A DNA stretch of 63,992 bases, the filler included. It is 3 parts of 3 records of this genome, joined end to end, with 100 filler letters (N's around TTAATTAATTAA, not from the genome) between each part and the next. Parts side by side here need not be neighbours in the genome. Positions count along the whole stretch, not along the records: positions 1 to 29,178 come from SRR31156797_6543; positions 29,279 to 58,289 come from SRR31156797_6591; 1 more part is not named here. One strand, written 5' to 3'. Each line of letters starts with the position of its first letter. Positions within the stretch are counted from its first letter, which is position 1. The notes under the pieces are model-generated. The model had not been told where the DNA came from and searched no databases. It saw only the letters and a list, made by a program, of their open reading frames with translations. A program made the position numbers and the translations under genes. Shown here piece by piece: positions 19,478-29,335 of this stretch.

Positions 19478-20360
19478 CGTTCTCTCCCATGATTCCTGAA
19501 GGTCTGAAATAAAGCACTCCGATAAGGATCAGGAATGCGAAGACATCTTTATACTCACCGGAAATATAACCAGCAGCGAAAATCTCGACCATGCCAATGA
19601 TAAATCCGCCGATCATCGCCCCGGTAATGTTACCGATTCCGCCCAGTACAGCGGCGGCAAAAGCTTTGATACCCGGCACAAAACCCATGTCGTAACGCAC
19701 TGAACCATAGTAGAGACCGACCATAATCCCGGCTGCAGCAGCCAGTCCGGCACCGATGGCAAAGGTCAGGCTGATGATACGGTTGGAGTTGATCCCAACC
19801 AGCGCAGACATGATCTTATCCTGAGCAGTGGAACGCATGGCTTTACCGATGCGAGTCTTAAAGACCAGAAAATTAAGTGCCACCAACAGAAAAGCGGTCA
19901 GGCTGACGATGAACAACTGCATATAGGACAGCATAACTGTTCCGAACTCAAATCCGCCCTGAGTCAGTTCGGTGGGATAGGGTCTGTCATATACACCCTG
20001 AGTAAGCATCAATCCATTCTGCAGAAAAATAGACATACCGAGAGCAGAAAGGAGCACTGAAAGCCTTGAAGAGCTTCGCAGCGGCTTGTAGGCCACTTTC
20101 TCAACAGCCATGGCCAGCATTGCGCAATAGGCCATTGCCAGAATAAGCGAGCCGGACAGGCAGACCCATGCCGGAGCACCCTGCGCGAGCAGGTAACTCA
20201 TAAAGATAACACCGACATAACCACCAGCAGCAAAAAATTCACCGTGAGCGAAGTTGATGAGCTGAATGATGCCGTACACCATGGTATAACCCAGCGCGAT
20301 CAGTGCATAGACACTGCCGAGGGTGATACCGTTGATGAGTTGCTGAAAAAAGTATTCCAT
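19458..20360 (-). CDS. livH: branched-chain amino acid ABC transporter permease
   Basis: YALIALGYTMVYGIIQLINFAHGE, KAFAAAVLGGIG. Confidence 0.93.
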   Translation of the reverse strand: MEYFFQQLINGITLGSVYALIALGYTMVYGIIQLINFAHGEFFAAGGYVGVIFMSYLLAQGAPAWVCLSGSLILAMAYCAMLAMAVEKVAYKPLRSSSRLSVLLSALGMSIFLQNGLMLTQGVYDRPYPTELTQGGFEFGTVMLSYMQLFIVSLTAFLLVALNFLVFKTRIGKAMRSTAQDKIMSALVGINSNRIISLTFAIGAGLAAAAGIMVGLYYGSVRYDMGFVPGIKAFAAAVLGGIGNITGAMIGGFIIGMVEIFAAGYISGEYKDVFAFLILIGVLYFRPSGIMGENVDDTRV

Positions 20361-20384
20361 GGATTTCCGGGGGCTGTACGTAAA

Positions 20385-20411
20385 GGCCCCTGCCCGCTAG
20401 GGACAGGGGCC
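20385..20411 (-). terminator. intercistronic hairpin after the livK-like gene (mRNA stabiliser or attenuating terminator)
   Basis: GGCCCCTG-CCC-GCTA-GGG-A-CAGGGGCC, between the binding-protein and permease genes. Confidence 0.6.
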
Positions 20412-20426
20412 GACATTTTTTGACTT

Positions 20427-21560
20427 CTAGTAGAGCTTACCGGTTGCGGGGTTCCAGTAGTTAATGAACTTGCCGTTTTCAACCTTACGGATAATGTAGT
20501 TAGAGCCGGAATCTCCATTAGGCTTGAATTTGACGTGCTTGGTTGCACCATCATAATCAAGCTTCATGAGTTCAGCTTTGACTTTATCAGGATCGGTAGA
20601 ACCGGCAGCCTTAACAGCCTTGAAATAAGCCATAGCGGAGTCATAAGCATAACCGGAGTATGCACCGGGCTCACCGTGCTTAGGCTGATACTGGGCGTAG
20701 AATTCTTTATATGCAGGAGCTTCGCTGTCGATATAACCGAAGGTCAGGTAGACGTTTTCGGCTGCATCTTTCGCAATTTCAATAAGCTGCGGATGGTAAA
20801 CAGCATCCTGAGCCAGACGGTCAGCCTTGATACCCATGCGCTTAGCCTGAATAAGCATCAATGCACCGGTAGCGGAGTTCTGCATGGACATGTAGAACAC
20901 ATCAGGATTGGTATTTTTAACTTTGGTCAGGATAGCGGAAAAGTCTTTATCGCCCTGATTCACGTGCTCGTGACCAAGAACTTTGATCCCTGCAGCCTTA
21001 CACATCTTTTCAACACCATCAGCAAGTCCCTGAGAATATGCTGTTTTATCGTCTACGATGTATACAGATTTAGCACCGAGTTTTTCCTGCATAAATTTAA
21101 GAGCGATGGCACCCTGATCATCGTCACGACCGCACATGCGGAACATGTAAGGCAGACCGCGGGAGGTAACTTTTTCATTAGTGGAGGCCGGTGTAATCAT
21201 AACGATGGATTCTTCATCAAGAACCTCAGAGGCAGGCAGAGTTGCACTTGAACAATAAGCACCGACAACACCGTTTGCTTCTTCATTGATCAGCTTGTTA
21301 GCGGTTGCTACAGCCTGACGGGGTTCGCATGCAGTATCCTGAGGCATAACTACAATCTCGTCAAAACCGGGAATTCCGCCGTTTGCTTTAACAACTTCCA
21401 CTGCTGTGAGTACACCGTTTTTGATGTCATTACCGTCAGCAGCATATGGTCCGGTCAACGGTCCCATGGTTCCGACTTTAAGTGTTTTAGCGAACACCAT
21501 ACCTGCACTCAGCATAAGAATAGCTGCCACAAGCAGTGCTGTCATCATAGAACGTTTCAT
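20427..21560 (-). CDS. livK: branched-chain amino acid ABC transporter substrate-binding protein
   Basis: Signal peptide, GPLTGPYA, DTACEPRQAV, GAYCSSAT, FRMCGRDDDQG; GGAGG RBS before the ATG at 21560. Confidence 0.9.
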   Translation of the reverse strand: MKRSMMTALLVAAILMLSAGMVFAKTLKVGTMGPLTGPYAADGNDIKNGVLTAVEVVKANGGIPGFDEIVVMPQDTACEPRQAVATANKLINEEANGVVGAYCSSATLPASEVLDEESIVMITPASTNEKVTSRGLPYMFRMCGRDDDQGAIALKFMQEKLGAKSVYIVDDKTAYSQGLADGVEKMCKAAGIKVLGHEHVNQGDKDFSAILTKVKNTNPDVFYMSMQNSATGALMLIQAKRMGIKADRLAQDAVYHPQLIEIAKDAAENVYLTFGYIDSEAPAYKEFYAQYQPKHGEPGAYSGYAYDSAMAYFKAVKAAGSTDPDKVKAELMKLDYDGATKHVKFKPNGDSGSNYIIRKVENGKFINYWNPATGKLY

Positions 21561-21588
21561 AAAATGAGCCTCCCTAAAGTAAATAAGA

Positions 21589-22344
21589 TTAGTTACCCAG
21601 ATATGCCTCAATTACAGCAGGATTCTTCTGAATTTCTTCAGGGTTCCCCTTTGCAATCATTACTCCGTGATCAAGAACCACCAGACGCTGACAGATTCCC
21701 ATGACAACTTTCATGTCATGCTCCACCATCAGCACATTGATGCCTCTTTCAGAGATTTTGCGGATTGTTTCCATCAATTCCGCACTCTCCGCCGGGTTTA
21801 GCCCCGCAGCAGGTTCATCAAGCAAAATAGAACTGGGTTCGGAAGCCAGTGCCCTTGCAATCTCAAGCCTGCGCTGATGGCCGTATGGAAGACTGGACGC
21901 GACCTCATCAGCATAATCGTCAAGTTCCGCGAAGCGGAGCTCCTCCATGGCCTTCTCCTTGATACGTGCCTCCTCCTTTTTCTGGACAGGCGTACGAAAA
22001 ATGGCACCGAAAACTCCACATGAGGAACGGGAGTGCTGAGCAACCATTACATTTTCAAGGGCGGTCATGTTCTGAAACAGACGAATATTCTGAAAGGTTC
22101 TGGCAATGCCTTTATGGAGCACCTGATAGGGCTTTAACCCGGTCAGATTTTCACCATTGTACTCCACATGACCCCCGGAAGCCGAATAGACCCCGGTAAT
22201 CACGTTAAAGACTGTGGTTTTGCCAGCACCGTTGGGACCGATCAGCCCCACAATCTCTCCCGGCATGAGAGAGAAGTTAACCTCTGCCAAAGCCTGCAGT
22301 CCACCAAAGCGGACGCTCACGTCGTGTAAATGAAGTTCTGCCAT
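21589..22344 (-). CDS. livG: branched-chain amino acid ABC transporter ATPase
   Basis: [46 protein letters not shown]. Confidence 0.93.
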   Translation of the reverse strand: MAELHLHDVSVRFGGLQALAEVNFSLMPGEIVGLIGPNGAGKTTVFNVITGVYSASGGHVEYNGENLTGLKPYQVLHKGIARTFQNIRLFQNMTALENVMVAQHSRSSCGVFGAIFRTPVQKKEEARIKEKAMEELRFAELDDYADEVASSLPYGHQRRLEIARALASEPSSILLDEPAAGLNPAESAELMETIRKISERGINVLMVEHDMKVVMGICQRLVVLDHGVMIAKGNPEEIQKNPAVIEAYLGN

Positions 22345-22889
22345 ATTGGACATACCTATACACATTATTCTTCTTGAGATCAAGACAGAAGACGTTTTTT
22401 ATTCCTTGCTAGCCTGATCTAAAGAATTAATATTCGCAACAACAATGCTTTACTGAGAACAAAAGCATTCAACTGATTGCAGAATCAGTATCAATACAAA
22501 ACACACAACAATACAGTTGATCACCTGATCAAAGAACAGTAGGATACAAATTTAACTATATTCTGCATTCTAGTGTTTTTCTCTAACATTAGTATCTACA
22601 TCTACTGAAACACATTTAATCATACAGATTATAATGCTTAATAAAAGTCTTTTTTTGCTTACAAAATTGTCCATATATTTAGCACTATTTTCCAAATTTG
22701 GCTAATCTCAGATTAAATCATTGAGGCCTTGGCTTTAGCTGACATTTTGTCTTAAAAAATAAACTTTTCATGAATTAAGTTCGAGTTTTTTCTTATATTG
22801 CATTGCAATGACTATTTTACTGCAGTGATTGAGTTCTCACTTATGTAATATTTTTCAAAAAAAATTTTATTCTGTCAGGGGTTAAACAT

Positions 22890-22925
22890 AAAAAAAGGCC
22901 CTGTCCGCATTGCGGACAGGGCCTT
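22890..22925 (-). terminator. terminator of the apr-qmo operon
   Basis: AAGGCCCTGTCCGCA-T-TGCGGACAGGGCCTT with a T-run on the minus strand. Confidence 0.85.
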
Positions 22926-22965
22926 ACGTACTTCAATTAAATGAAGCTAAGAGGCTTTTATCGGC

Positions 22966-23649
22966 CTACCAGCTGTCATCACCGAAGGGATCAGAACCGA
23001 AGCCGAAGTCTTCAGCAGGTGCGCCACCGGTTTCGGGAGCGCCAGCGGAGTCGCCAGCAGCAGGAGCTGCGCCTTCAGCAACAGCACCGGCAGCTACGGT
23101 TACAACACCGTGCTTTTTAACGTCTTCGATCATCTTGAGGAGCTCATCAACCTTGCCGATGTACTCTTCAACTTTTTCCTGGGAAGTAACGATGACTTTG
23201 TCGCCTTCGTCTTTACCAGCAGCTTCAAAAGCTTCACACTTGCCTTTATATTCAGCCATGGCTTTTTCGGTTTCACCGAGTTTGCCTTCAGCAGCAGCAA
23301 GTTTAGTTTCCAGATCCTGAACTTTAGCAGCCTGTTCAGAGATAGTGGAACGGTATTCAGCGAGCTTTCCGAAGATAGCGTCAACCTGAGTCATAACGTC
23401 GCCGGGGAGAGCGCCAACGGAAACGTTGTCGCCAAGGCCGGTAACCTGACCGGTTTTCATTTTAGCCAGTTCAGGATGCTGTTCGTAGATCCATGCTTTT
23501 GCAAGAGCTGCTGCAAAAGGTTCGAATTCAGCATCAATGTCTTTCTGAGTCATGTAGCCCAGAAGTTCCTGTACAGAGTTGTTGCTTTCGCCACCCTTGA
23601 TATAGGACACAAAAGTGCTCATGGGGAAAGTTTTGCGTGCTTCAGACAT
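22966..23649 (-). CDS. qmoD: QmoD / DVU0851-like coiled-coil protein ending the apr-qmo operon
   Basis: Sits immediately after qmoC, as in Desulfovibrio; coiled coil and acidic tail DFGFGSDPFGDDSW; AGGAGG RBS. Confidence 0.7.
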   Translation of the reverse strand: MSEARKTFPMSTFVSYIKGGESNNSVQELLGYMTQKDIDAEFEPFAAALAKAWIYEQHPELAKMKTGQVTGLGDNVSVGALPGDVMTQVDAIFGKLAEYRSTISEQAAKVQDLETKLAAAEGKLGETEKAMAEYKGKCEAFEAAGKDEGDKVIVTSQEKVEEYIGKVDELLKMIEDVKKHGVVTVAAGAVAEGAAPAAGDSAGAPETGGAPAEDFGFGSDPFGDDSW

Positions 23650-23670
23650 GGTTAGTTCCTCCTTGCTCTA

Positions 23671-24891
23671 TTACAGAGTAAAAGTCTTTTCTTCACGGAC
23701 CGGCATGGGCAGACGGCCAATGTATCTTGCATAAGTTAAAGCTGCAGTCCTGTAGACCAGGTGTCCAAGCTTGGACCACGGCAGATAGACAAACATCATG
23801 AATACGGCGATCAAGTGCACGTAGTACATGGGGTATGCGAGAATTGCGACGCCGAGGAGACGCAGGATTTCGCACATGATACCGGTTACGGCGATAGTCC
23901 AGATCAAGCCGAGCAGGTACCAGTCATAATAGCTGGAACCATGTACGCCCTGGTCCTGATTCAGGCGACGTTTGGTGAGCAGTACGAGGGAGTAAACCAG
24001 CAGTACTGCGCCGACGTTGGCCAGAATCTTGATCGGATGCCACAGCGGCATGGGGGTATGACCGATGGGTCCGAGGAAAGGAATAATCTTTCCACCCCAG
24101 TGGGTTACTGCAACCACACCGGTTACTACCATCAGGCAGATGAATGCGACCATGATGAAACGGTGGCCGTTGAACTTCTGTTCGTCAGCTTCGTCGGTTT
24201 CGCCGCATTCTTTCCACTTAGAGTGAGTCAGCAGTTCGTTTTTACAAACGTCGATGAAACACTCCAGCATGCTGGGCTTTTCAGATTTGTCACCTACAGC
24301 AAAGACCTTCGGTTGATCTTTGAATGATTCGATCAGGTTCTTCACTCCTTTATAGAAGGTCCAAACCATGAAACCGAAGGCAATCATGAAGATCGGGTCA
24401 ATAGTAAAGTCGCCGGGGAACAGATGCCCGTAGACGATTTCACCATCTTTAAGAGGGAAGAAGGAACCGCGAACTCCCGCCATGATGAACCAAATCACCA
24501 GATAGATCGCTGCCGGAATAGCAATAAGCTTGGGCAGGTGCTTGGGGGAAGCCATCCATTTACCGATAATGGAAGGGGTTACCATCTTCTGATAGGCCAT
24601 GTTACGCAGTCCTGCGAGCAGGTCAGCCGGACGAGCACCGCGGGGGCACAGGTCGGAGCAGGTACCGCAGTTGTGGCACAGCCATATATCAATGTCATTT
24701 ACGAGTTTATCTTTAAGGCCCCATTGAGCCCAGACCATTTCCTTACGCGGGTAAGGGTTGTCGGCAGGCGAGAGGGGACAGGCTACAGAGCAAGTTGCGC
24801 ACTGATAGCACTTCTTGAGGCTTTCGCCACCGACTTCCTGCAATTCTTTGATGAATTGCAGATCCGGTTTAATGCGAATATCTTTTTCCAT
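23671..24891 (-). CDS. qmoC: quinone-interacting membrane-bound oxidoreductase subunit C
   Basis: CYQCATCSVACP and CHNCGTCSDLCP, followed by a heme-b TM domain (YLPWSKLGH). Confidence 0.95.
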   Translation of the reverse strand: MEKDIRIKPDLQFIKELQEVGGESLKKCYQCATCSVACPLSPADNPYPRKEMVWAQWGLKDKLVNDIDIWLCHNCGTCSDLCPRGARPADLLAGLRNMAYQKMVTPSIIGKWMASPKHLPKLIAIPAAIYLVIWFIMAGVRGSFFPLKDGEIVYGHLFPGDFTIDPIFMIAFGFMVWTFYKGVKNLIESFKDQPKVFAVGDKSEKPSMLECFIDVCKNELLTHSKWKECGETDEADEQKFNGHRFIMVAFICLMVVTGVVAVTHWGGKIIPFLGPIGHTPMPLWHPIKILANVGAVLLVYSLVLLTKRRLNQDQGVHGSSYYDWYLLGLIWTIAVTGIMCEILRLLGVAILAYPMYYVHLIAVFMMFVYLPWSKLGHLVYRTAALTYARYIGRLPMPVREEKTFTL

Positions 24892-24905
24892 GTCGCGTCT
24901 ACCTC

Positions 24906-27194
24906 CTAGTAGCCCTTGAACGGGTTAGGACCGATCTTGATCATCTCGTTAACAAAGGTATCGATCAGATCGGGCACTTTGTCATATTCGTCGATGGCAA
25001 GTTCAGCCTGTACAACACGTTCGGGTTCAACGCCAAGTCTGTTCAGAGAATCAGCGACGTTTTCCATACGGCGGTTACAAAGCTCAGAACCCTTCACAAA
25101 ATGGCACTGGTAATCTTCACCGTACTTACAACCGAGCAGAAGAACTCCGTCAATACCTTTGGACATTGCATCAGCAATCCAGATGGTGTTCACAGAGCCG
25201 AGGCAACGGACGGGAACAACACGAACGTAAGGAGACCAGCCTTTACCGCGCATAGCTGCCATATCGAGTGCCGGGTAGGCATCGTTTTCGCAAGCCAGAA
25301 CGATAAAGCGGGGACCGTCAGCTTCCATATCATCAGGCACGTTAACCTGTTTGATCATGGAACCGATCATGTCAATGTTGTAGTTGTCGAATCCGATTAC
25401 ACGCTCAGGGCAGGCACCCATACAGGTACCGCAACGGCGGCAACGGGACGGATTCGGCATTGGTGTTCCTTTTTCATCATCATCAAGTGCGCCGAAGGGG
25501 CATTCCTCGGTACAACGCTTACACTGTGTGCAGCGCATGAAGTTGAAAACAGGATAGGTGTTGTCACCGGAGCGGGGGTGGACAGCAACACCGTGATTAG
25601 CGGAGTTGATGCACTGGATCGCTTTCAGCACAGCACCTGCTGCATCCTCACGGGCAAGTCCCATGGACATGGGCTGACGGACACAACCTGCGGCGTAAAT
25701 ACCGGTACGGCGTGTTTCGTAGGGGAAGCAGATATAGTTGGAGTCTGCATAACCGTCGAACTGCTGGAGATCGGGGAATGCGGGACCCTGTCTGTATACG
25801 AGGTTGATGGTCGGATCGTGCGCGGTGGTGGGAACCATACCGGTGGGAACTACGACCAATTCAGCTTCGATTTCAATATTTTCACCCAGCAGGGTATCGC
25901 TGGCGCAAATAACCATTCCGGCACCCTCTTCCTTGATGGAAGTAACGGTACCCTTGGTCAGCATTACGCCGGGATTATCCTGAGCTGCGCGGTAATAACG
26001 CTCGTTTACACCGGGGACCATCATGTGGTCGTAGATGATGTAAGCAACTGCGTCTTCATTCTTTTCGCGAACGTAGTTGGCCTGCTTGAGGGCTACCAAA
26101 CTGCTCAGTTCAGAAGTATAAGGAAGGTGCTTGTAGGATTCCATATCTTCGTAGACAAAGGTTTCCTCTTCTTCACCATCTGCAGCTTCTGCTGCTGCAG
26201 CAGCATCAGCTGCAATCTCTTCCTCGGAACGGTTAGCATAAGCTTCTGCTTCAGCCGCGAACTCTGCTTCGCTGAGGCGAGTATCAAGTACGAAAGCAAC
26301 AGACTTAGCAGTCATCTTGCCTTCCTTGACCATGGCTTCAAATTCAGCAGCAGTCACAACTCTGGAAGAGCCGTAACCCATGGGCTCAACGTATTTAGTA
26401 TCCTGGGGAACCCAACCGGTAGCCAGAACACAAGCACCAACAGGCATCTCTTCAACGCTGCCGCCGACTTTCACTTTAGCAGTGTACTGTCCGGGAGCAC
26501 CTTCGAGAGCTTCAAGCTGTGCGGAGGTCAGCACTTTGATTCTGGAATTGGACTGAACTTCGGAGATCAGAGCTTCAATACCAGTTTCATGTGCTTCAGT
26601 GTAGGGATAGGAAAGAGGGAATGTCTTGTACATTCCGGCAGCCTTACCGCCGAGGTTGGCTTCCTTTTCCACCAGGATTACGTCGTGGTTGGTCTTGGCA
26701 GCGTAGAGAGCTGAGGTAAGACCGGTGAAACCACCACCCATGACCATGACTACCTTGTTGGCATCAAAGGCCTGGGATTCCTGCTCATTGGTTTTGAGCA
26801 GCTTGGTAACACCCATTTTGACGTATTCGTTTGCCATAATTTTAAGGAGCTCAGGAACTTCGCCTTCCGGATCGGGCATGGTGCCGTCGGGATTCCTGAA
26901 AACCTTGATGCACTGTTCACGCAGGTTGACTCGTTCGACAGCGACATTGTCAAAGTCGAAAATATCCCAGTCAACGCGAAGGCTAGTGCCGCAGATACAT
27001 ACTGCGTCAACGTTGCCAGCGTCGATATCTTCCTGAATGAGCTTTCTTCCTTCCTCGCTGTTAAGACGCGGGTGCACCTTTACGACCGGACATTCGTTCG
27101 CGTAAACGCGACCGACCAGTTCAGCCATTTCTTCAGCGTTCAGGTAAGGAGATACGCTCGCTTGGTCGAAATAAACACCGATTTTTTCGGGCAT
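24906..27194 (-). CDS. qmoB: quinone-interacting membrane-bound oxidoreductase subunit B
   Basis: HdrA-like FAD domain (GGGFTG), CTQCKRCTEECP and CRRCGTCMGACP, C-terminal MvhD/FlpD domain (ACENDAYPA, CHFVKGS). Confidence 0.95.
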   Translation of the reverse strand: MPEKIGVYFDQASVSPYLNAEEMAELVGRVYANECPVVKVHPRLNSEEGRKLIQEDIDAGNVDAVCICGTSLRVDWDIFDFDNVAVERVNLREQCIKVFRNPDGTMPDPEGEVPELLKIMANEYVKMGVTKLLKTNEQESQAFDANKVVMVMGGGFTGLTSALYAAKTNHDVILVEKEANLGGKAAGMYKTFPLSYPYTEAHETGIEALISEVQSNSRIKVLTSAQLEALEGAPGQYTAKVKVGGSVEEMPVGACVLATGWVPQDTKYVEPMGYGSSRVVTAAEFEAMVKEGKMTAKSVAFVLDTRLSEAEFAAEAEAYANRSEEEIAADAAAAAEAADGEEEETFVYEDMESYKHLPYTSELSSLVALKQANYVREKNEDAVAYIIYDHMMVPGVNERYYRAAQDNPGVMLTKGTVTSIKEEGAGMVICASDTLLGENIEIEAELVVVPTGMVPTTAHDPTINLVYRQGPAFPDLQQFDGYADSNYICFPYETRRTGIYAAGCVRQPMSMGLAREDAAGAVLKAIQCINSANHGVAVHPRSGDNTYPVFNFMRCTQCKRCTEECPFGALDDDEKGTPMPNPSRCRRCGTCMGACPERVIGFDNYNIDMIGSMIKQVNVPDDMEADGPRFIVLACENDAYPALDMAAMRGKGWSPYVRVVPVRCLGSVNTIWIADAMSKGIDGVLLLGCKYGEDYQCHFVKGSELCNRRMENVADSLNRLGVEPERVVQAELAIDEYDKVPDLIDTFVNEMIKIGPNPFKGY

Positions 27195-27200
27195 GTCGAC

Positions 27201-28439
27201 TTACCTCCCTATGACCGTTTGAATCGCTTTGAGAGCGGCAGCAGTACCGGACTGGGCTGTCTTCATGACATCCAGAGGCTGCTTTGCACACCCGGCAGCG
27301 AAAATGCCTTGTTCCTCACCGCCGACAATAAAGCCCTGATCGTCAACCTGTACGCCGGAAGGAACCGGGGTACCAGCAAGACTGGGCTGCATACCGGTTG
27401 CCAGAACTACAAGATCATGCTCGTTCTGGGACTTAATACCGGACTCAGCATCCTCAACAGTAACGAGAACGTTGCCGGAACCAGACTCTTCGATAACCTC
27501 AGCGACCTTACCTTTAACGGCGTTGATCCTGTCATCGGAAAGAATGCGTTTGGCAAACTTATCGTAACGTCCCGGGGTACGCAGATCAATGTAGTAAATG
27601 GTGACCCTTGCATCGGGGAACTGATCACGCACGTAAGCTGCCTGCTTCAAAGAAGCCATGCAACAGATGTATGAACAGAAATTGAGGTGGTTTTCATCGC
27701 GGGAACCCGCACACTGTACGAAAGCGATGTTTTTGGGCTGTGCACCGTCAGAGGGGCGCACAATCTGACCGTCGGTAGGTCCGCTGGGAGCTGCAAGTCT
27801 TTCCATCGCCATGTTGGAAATACAGTTCTTTACGGTACCTGCACCGAGGTTGGAAAGTTTGGTAACATCGTAAGGCTTCCAGCCGGTAGCGTAAACGATG
27901 GAACCGACGTTAAGTGTGATGACCTTTTCCTCTTCTTTAAGGTCGATAACATCGACGCCTTCGAGGAGCTTGAGGTCTTCATCGGTGCAATTTTCTTTTT
28001 CCAGAACATACCTTGCGGGAAACGCAAAAGGAACGTCCATGTAAAGAGCCTTGCGGTCGCAGAGCTTGAACTCGAATTCATCGGTAATGTCATTGGACAG
28101 TTTCTCGATGACGTCAGTGAGATCAACACTGCCGGGCCCCACATATCTGGGCTTAATGCGGACCTTGACTTCGTATTTACCTTTGGAACCGCTGATGGAT
28201 TCCACTTCAGCCAAGGTAAAGAACTTCACGTTCTTATTGTTTTTGATTCTCTGAAACTGAATCTCCAGTCCGCAGGAAGGAGGACACAGCTTCGGAAAAT
28301 ATTTATTCAGCTGCATCACCCGGCCACCCAGATACGGCGCCTTCTCCACGATGAAGACTTCATGGCCTACTTCAGCGGCTTCGAGTGCAGCAGTGATACC
28401 ACTGAACCCGCCGCCTACGACAAGTATGCTATTTGACAT
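27201..28439 (-). CDS. qmoA: quinone-interacting membrane-bound oxidoreductase subunit A
   Basis: ILVVGGGFSGITAALE, YFPKLCPPSCG, VQCAGSRD, CSYICCMASLKQA. Confidence 0.95.
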   Translation of the reverse strand: MSNSILVVGGGFSGITAALEAAEVGHEVFIVEKAPYLGGRVMQLNKYFPKLCPPSCGLEIQFQRIKNNKNVKFFTLAEVESISGSKGKYEVKVRIKPRYVGPGSVDLTDVIEKLSNDITDEFEFKLCDRKALYMDVPFAFPARYVLEKENCTDEDLKLLEGVDVIDLKEEEKVITLNVGSIVYATGWKPYDVTKLSNLGAGTVKNCISNMAMERLAAPSGPTDGQIVRPSDGAQPKNIAFVQCAGSRDENHLNFCSYICCMASLKQAAYVRDQFPDARVTIYYIDLRTPGRYDKFAKRILSDDRINAVKGKVAEVIEESGSGNVLVTVEDAESGIKSQNEHDLVVLATGMQPSLAGTPVPSGVQVDDQGFIVGGEEQGIFAAGCAKQPLDVMKTAQSGTAAALKAIQTVIGR

Positions 28440-28545
28440 TCTCTATCCTCCTGAACTCTTTGAGGCCCTTAGCCATAAAATGGCCCAAACCCGGACACCG
28501 ACCTTAGGTCGCAATACGGATTCAGACCATTTCAGTGCAAGCCGT

Positions 28546-28580
28546 AAAAGAACGGCTGCGGGCTTGATGCCCGCAGCCGT
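28546..28580 (-). terminator. hairpin/terminator between aprA and qmoA
   Basis: ACGGCTGCGGGC-TTGAT-GCCCGCAGCCGT followed by TCTTTT on the minus strand. Confidence 0.75.
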
Positions 28581-28596
28581 ATATATCATTCCCGGC

Positions 28597-29178
28597 TTAG
28601 GTGGGGATGATCTGGTGGTATGCTTTCTTGAAGACGGTAGTTTCGCCTTTTTCTACGTCATACTTGGAGTTGACGAAGCATTTCCACTTGGAGTCATCGA
28701 GACCCATGAAGTCACCACGGTAGTAGAAACCGGGGTAACGGGACTCTTCACGGAATTCAATGTGCTGCATGTGCAGGCGTACAGTCCACAGTCTGTGGAA
28801 CTGTTCCCAACAACGCATGAGTTCGTGGAGGTCACGAGCAGCCAGTTTTCTGGAATCTTCTTCGAGCATTTCGAGAAGATGGAAACCGGTGTGCAGCAGG
28901 GACTTGGAAGTCACGTACATGGTACCAACACCACCACCGTATTCATCAGTTGCCTTAACAAGGCGCATCATGAAGTTCTTGGGAGTGATGTAGTTGGGGT
29001 TCACAACGGGGTCGGTAGAGATGGACTTACCTTCTTCGTATGTGTACCAGGGCTGGTAGATTTCTTTCATAAGATCAGCACCGTTCTCTTTGAGAGCAGG
29101 CTTGAAGTCTTTGTGATCAACTACCCAGCGTACCATCTGCTTACCAACGATACGGCCTTCAGCGTGAGAACCGGAAGA
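28597..29178 (-). CDS. aprA: adenylylsulfate reductase alpha subunit, 3' part (cut by contig end)
   Basis: Open from the contig edge: SSGSHAEGRIVGKQMVRW...DEYGGG...HELMRCWE...FREESRYPGFYYRGDF. Confidence 0.95.
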   Translation of the reverse strand, partial: SSGSHAEGRIVGKQMVRWVVDHKDFKPALKENGADLMKEIYQPWYTYEEGKSISTDPVVNPNYITPKNFMMRLVKATDEYGGGVGTMYVTSKSLLHTGFHLLEMLEEDSRKLAARDLHELMRCWEQFHRLWTVRLHMQHIEFREESRYPGFYYRGDFMGLDDSKWKCFVNSKYDVEKGETTVFKKAYHQIIPT

Positions 29179-29278
29179 NNNNNNNNNNNNNNNNNNNNNN
29201 NNNNNNNNNNNNNNNNNNNNNNTTAATTAATTAANNNNNNNNNNNNNNNNNNNNNNNNNNNNNNNNNNNNNNNNNNNN
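29179..29278. other. artificial contig spacer
   Basis: 44 N + TTAATTAATTAA (stops in all six frames) + 44 N. Confidence 0.99.
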
Positions 29279-29310
29279 GGCACCGCTAACTCCCCGTCTA
29301 GCGCGACCAA
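29279..29310 (-). ncRNA. ffs: large (Alu-domain) bacterial SRP RNA, 5' fragment cut by contig end
   Basis: Minus strand reads TTGGTCGCGCTAGACGGGGAGTTAGCGGTGCC, closely matching the 5' end of Bacillus-type scRNA (GCCGTGCTAAGCGGGGAGGTAGCGGTGCCC, from memory). Confidence 0.7.
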
Positions 29311-29335
29311 GGGTCTTAACTGAAGTTACTTGACA

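Noticed and set aside
29223..29234. TTAATTAATTAA palindrome (also at 58334-58345)
   Set aside because: Synthetic six-frame-stop linker inside N runs, not biological.
29279..29335. Possible group II intron or tRNA end at the start of contig B
   Set aside because: No GTGCG 5' boundary or T-loop/CCA pattern; the sequence fits the large SRP RNA 5' end better.
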